A stretch of DNA of 62,876 nt, filler included. It is 4 parts of 4 records of this genome, joined end to end, with 100 filler letters (N's around TTAATTAATTAA, not from the genome) between each part and the next. Parts side by side here need not be neighbours in the genome. Positions count along the whole stretch, not along the records: positions 57,782 to 62,876 come from SRR31156797_41786; 3 more parts are not named here. One strand, written 5' to 3'. The position numbers and the translations under genes were made by a program. This document shows positions 60,136-62,876 of the stretch, one piece after another. The notes under the pieces were generated by a model. That model worked only from the letters and a program-made list of their open reading frames with translations. It was not told the DNA's origin and ran no database searches. Position 1 is the stretch's first letter. Each line of letters opens with the position of its first letter.

Positions 60136-61017
60136 ATGATGTCTTTCATGCAGCGATTGGGTCAAACCAAAGGCCCAATGAAACTGAAAAGAATGCTGGA
60201 CCAGACGAAGAACGCATGGATAACCCGCAGCAGATCTCGTGAAATCCCAACGATCGAGTACCACCCTATCCGTAGAAAGAAATCCGGGTCCACCTGGTTG
60301 TCTCCGATATACTCCGAGTCCCAAACCGTTGCCGTTGATATGAAAATGGCGGTGAAAAACAAATGCATTGCCCTATCGCCGGAGTTTGCGGAGGTGGAGT
60401 ACTACAAAATGCTGCGGACACAGCTAAAACAAATCAGGCAAGAGATGAACTGGAATACCCTTATGGTGACAAGTGTCTCTCCAGGAGATGGCAAAACGGT
60501 AACAGCCGTTAATCTGGCGGCGACATTTTCCAGAGAGTATAACCAGACCGTTCTTTTGGTCGACGCCGATTTACGGATGCAATCCATTCATCGATACCTG
60601 GGATACACCTGTCCTGTCGGATTAGGAGACTATCTGGAAGAGAAGGCTTCCATTGCCGATATCATTATGTGGCCGGCAATCGAAAAAATGACCCTTATCT
60701 CCGGGGGACGCCCCATTGAAGAGAGTGCCGAGTTGATGGGATCCCCACGCATGCAGGATCTGGTGACGGAACTGAAGTCTCGTTACGAAGACCGGTATAT
60801 CATTTTTGACACCCCGCCCATGCTCAAAGGTGCGGATGCGCTCGCCTTTGCTCCCTTTGTCGACAGTATTTTAGTTGTTGTCGGCTCGGGCGTTACAAAG
60901 CATCAGGACTTGGAACAGGCACTGGACTTGCTGCCTCAGGAAAAAATCGTAGGTCTCGTTCTGAATCAGTTCAATGGCGCAACCCAAATTGTCGGGGGGT
61001 ATGGGTATCGAAGGTAG
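60136..61017 (+). CDS. BY-kinase (CpsD/CapB-type polysaccharide tyrosine autokinase)
   Basis: EYYKMLRT, Walker A SPGDGKT, LVDADLR, IFDTPP, VLN and C-terminal GGYGY. Confidence 0.9.
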   Translation: MMSFMQRLGQTKGPMKLKRMLDQTKNAWITRSRSREIPTIEYHPIRRKKSGSTWLSPIYSESQTVAVDMKMAVKNKCIALSPEFAEVEYYKMLRTQLKQIRQEMNWNTLMVTSVSPGDGKTVTAVNLAATFSREYNQTVLLVDADLRMQSIHRYLGYTCPVGLGDYLEEKASIADIIMWPAIEKMTLISGGRPIEESAELMGSPRMQDLVTELKSRYEDRYIIFDTPPMLKGADALAFAPFVDSILVVVGSGVTKHQDLEQALDLLPQEKIVGLVLNQFNGATQIVGGYGYRR

Positions 61018-61246
61018 TACTTGTCCGGAGATGGCCAATTTGTCAGAGCTTTATGTTACGATTATATTTTTTTCCTCGGTTTTTCAACCCCATGCCCCCC
61101 AAGGGCCACATCCTTCGGGGCGCCTGCCGTAAAATTTTTCGTGCGCCTTAACTGACAAAAAAAGTTACTATTTCCGGGCGAAAACGAATTTGTGTAAAAA
61201 CGAATGTGTGGGCTTTTGCTGCCCCCCACTCCGTTGGAAATGATAT

Positions 61247-61292
61247 AAAAAGCCCTACTCTTGGATCTTACGGTCCAAGAGTAGGGCTTTTT
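61247..61292. terminator. Bidirectional intrinsic terminator
   Basis: Perfect 19-bp inverted repeat AAAAAGCCCTACTCTTGGA / TCCAAGAGTAGGGCTTTTT with an 8-nt loop, between convergent genes. Confidence 0.8.
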
Positions 61293-61410
61293 CATTTTAT
61301 AGCGCATTTTTCAAATTGTCTGCGTTCAGCGGTTGGTCGGGTCTGTTTTTCTATGAGATCGATGGAATACGTTTCCTTAACACTTTTGATGATCTATGCT
61401 GAAAACGGCG

Positions 61411-62862
61411 TCATCCTCGTGAGCCGTGATCATCGACAAGGTCGGAATTTCCATTTGCCGGAATGCGCTGTAGCAAGGTTTGCAGGGTGTCTCCCTTTCC
61501 GTCAGGAATCCTCAATAAATAATCCATGCCAGGCGGAGTGACACCGCGCTGTAATTCCGGGTTTAATCTCTCCATGGATTCATAGGATTCATCAAGGGCA
61601 TCGGCCACGAGACGCAAGCTAACGGAGTTTTCGGCCAGGATCGTGTCATAGGAAAGTGCACGGTCAGGTTTGACATGAAAGCCGTATCGCCCGGGATTTT
61701 TACCAATGATCATTGTAGCCAGGATATTCGGCACGTAGTTGCAGGTCTCCTTCGGCAGTAGTCTAAGCTTTCGGATCTTCCAGAAGTTTCGATGACCGGC
61801 CCTGGCGATGGCACGGTCCACTGCATGTTCACCCGCGTTGTACCCTGCCAGAGCCAATGCCCAGTTTCCATGATAACGTTTGCCGAGCCACTTTAGATAT
61901 CTAGCCGAAGCTCGCGTTGAGCACTCGAAGCTCATGCGCTGGTCGATCCAATCGTTTTGCAGCAATCCGTACCGCCTGCCTGTAGCGGGAATGAACTGCC
62001 ACAGTCCGACAGCAGAGGCTCGGGAACGTGCCTGCGGTGACCATGCGCTTTCGACCTGGGCCATCCAGACCAGGTCTTGTGGAACACCCTCCTTACTGAA
62101 AATTTCACGTGCCATCTGCATATAAAGACCGGATCGACGTAATCCGGATACCATCGCATTGCGCCCACGTTTTTGATGATAGCGCATGAATCGTTGAATA
62201 CTGGCATCCGGGGCAACCGAAAAGCCGAGATTGGCACCGGCGATTGCCGCTTTCACTTTGCGAAGACTTTTCGTTCTTTCCTTTTTTTTTGGATCAAGAA
62301 TTGGGTTCGCCAAAGTGCCAAACAGTCTATCGCTGCTTTTGCTATCTCTGAATTTCTCCAAAGCATCGGCAAAGGACGCATGGTTTACAGCGATCTTTTT
62401 TCGGACGATTTGAGCGTATAGCTGGTCGTAATGTTTCTCCAGACGAGGAATTGAAAATACATCAATTCCTGATTGGAAGAAGGAATCAATGCATTGTTCA
62501 TACGTGCGGAGTGCGGCCTCGTAGTTTTTGTCCTTAAAGTAAACCTCGGCAGTCCGAAAGAGAGTGTTTGACTGATCGATTACTGTTTCTATTATTTTTA
62601 CGTTCTGTTGTGTTTGGATCGTATTTTTATGATTGCGGGGAGCGGGCTGGATTCCCTTTTCCCAGATGAGAAGAAGGGGCAATACGATACTGAAAAAAGC
62701 GATGACAAAATACTTGGTTGGCACCCGGAATTCAGATTTCCTCAACAATAGTCGTTCCAATGCAACCCATTTTTCCTGAGGCGATTGATCTTTTTTCCAG
62801 CGATTTTTATAGGACTGCTTGCCAATTGTCCAGGATGATTGAACATGACCGGCGCCCTTCAT
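61411..62862 (-). CDS. MltD-like lytic transglycosylase (SLT domain) with N-terminal TM and a TPR-like helix
   Basis: VESAW, SRASAVGLWQFIPATG, ALAGYNAGE, ETCNYVP and LNPEL; frame is open to the window end so the start is uncertain. Confidence 0.88.
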   Translation of the reverse strand: MKGAGHVQSSWTIGKQSYKNRWKKDQSPQEKWVALERLLLRKSEFRVPTKYFVIAFFSIVLPLLLIWEKGIQPAPRNHKNTIQTQQNVKIIETVIDQSNTLFRTAEVYFKDKNYEAALRTYEQCIDSFFQSGIDVFSIPRLEKHYDQLYAQIVRKKIAVNHASFADALEKFRDSKSSDRLFGTLANPILDPKKKERTKSLRKVKAAIAGANLGFSVAPDASIQRFMRYHQKRGRNAMVSGLRRSGLYMQMAREIFSKEGVPQDLVWMAQVESAWSPQARSRASAVGLWQFIPATGRRYGLLQNDWIDQRMSFECSTRASARYLKWLGKRYHGNWALALAGYNAGEHAVDRAIARAGHRNFWKIRKLRLLPKETCNYVPNILATMIIGKNPGRYGFHVKPDRALSYDTILAENSVSLRLVADALDESYESMERLNPELQRGVTPPGMDYLLRIPDGKGDTLQTLLQRIPANGNSDLVDDHGSRG

Positions 62863-62876
62863 TGATGCGATAACAG

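Noticed and set aside
1-62876. CRISPR arrays, rRNA/tRNA genes, prophage or anti-phage defence genes
   Set aside because: No regularly spaced repeat-spacer array or recognisable such genes seen by eye

Overview
This window is not one locus. Four contigs are joined by N-runs, each containing an all-frame-stop linker (TTAATTAATTAA): A 1-26470, B 26571-33388, C 33489-57681 and D 57782-62876. A, C and D look like Desulfobacterota (deltaproteobacterial) DNA and B looks clostridial; this taxonomy is inferred from gene style only. Contig A carries sugar uptake and catabolism genes (OprB porin, EIIA-HPr-EI fusion, EIICB with two EIIB domains, zwf, pgl, gnd, malic enzyme). It also has a decayed Cache hybrid kinase, a UGA-recoded selenocysteine peroxiredoxin-like gene with a SECIS-like hairpin (split in the ORF track), a Mn/Zn/Fe ABC operon whose permease is fused to a DtxR-type repressor, and IS remnants. 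Contig B has ygiQ, a REP doublet, pyrK-pyrD, and the divergent purE-C-M-N plus an IMP-cyclohydrolase-like gene. Contig C has a GntR-arylsulfotransferase-TctCBA operon, a B12/radical-SAM RiPP-type maturase with an MFS exporter and a coupled 43-aa ORF, and a GGDEF-EAL protein. The best candidate for an undescribed system is also in C: a tightly packed minus-strand operon. It encodes a reductively releasing NRPS ending in a cNMP-binding domain, a MATE exporter with an anti-sigma-kinase-like tail, a PaaK-like ligase, an orphan periplasmic binding protein, a Cache-HAMP-PP2C sensor, a STAS protein and an RsbW-like kinase, which together suggest a make-export-sense signalling circuit. Contig D has exopolysaccharide export genes and a lytic transglycosylase.
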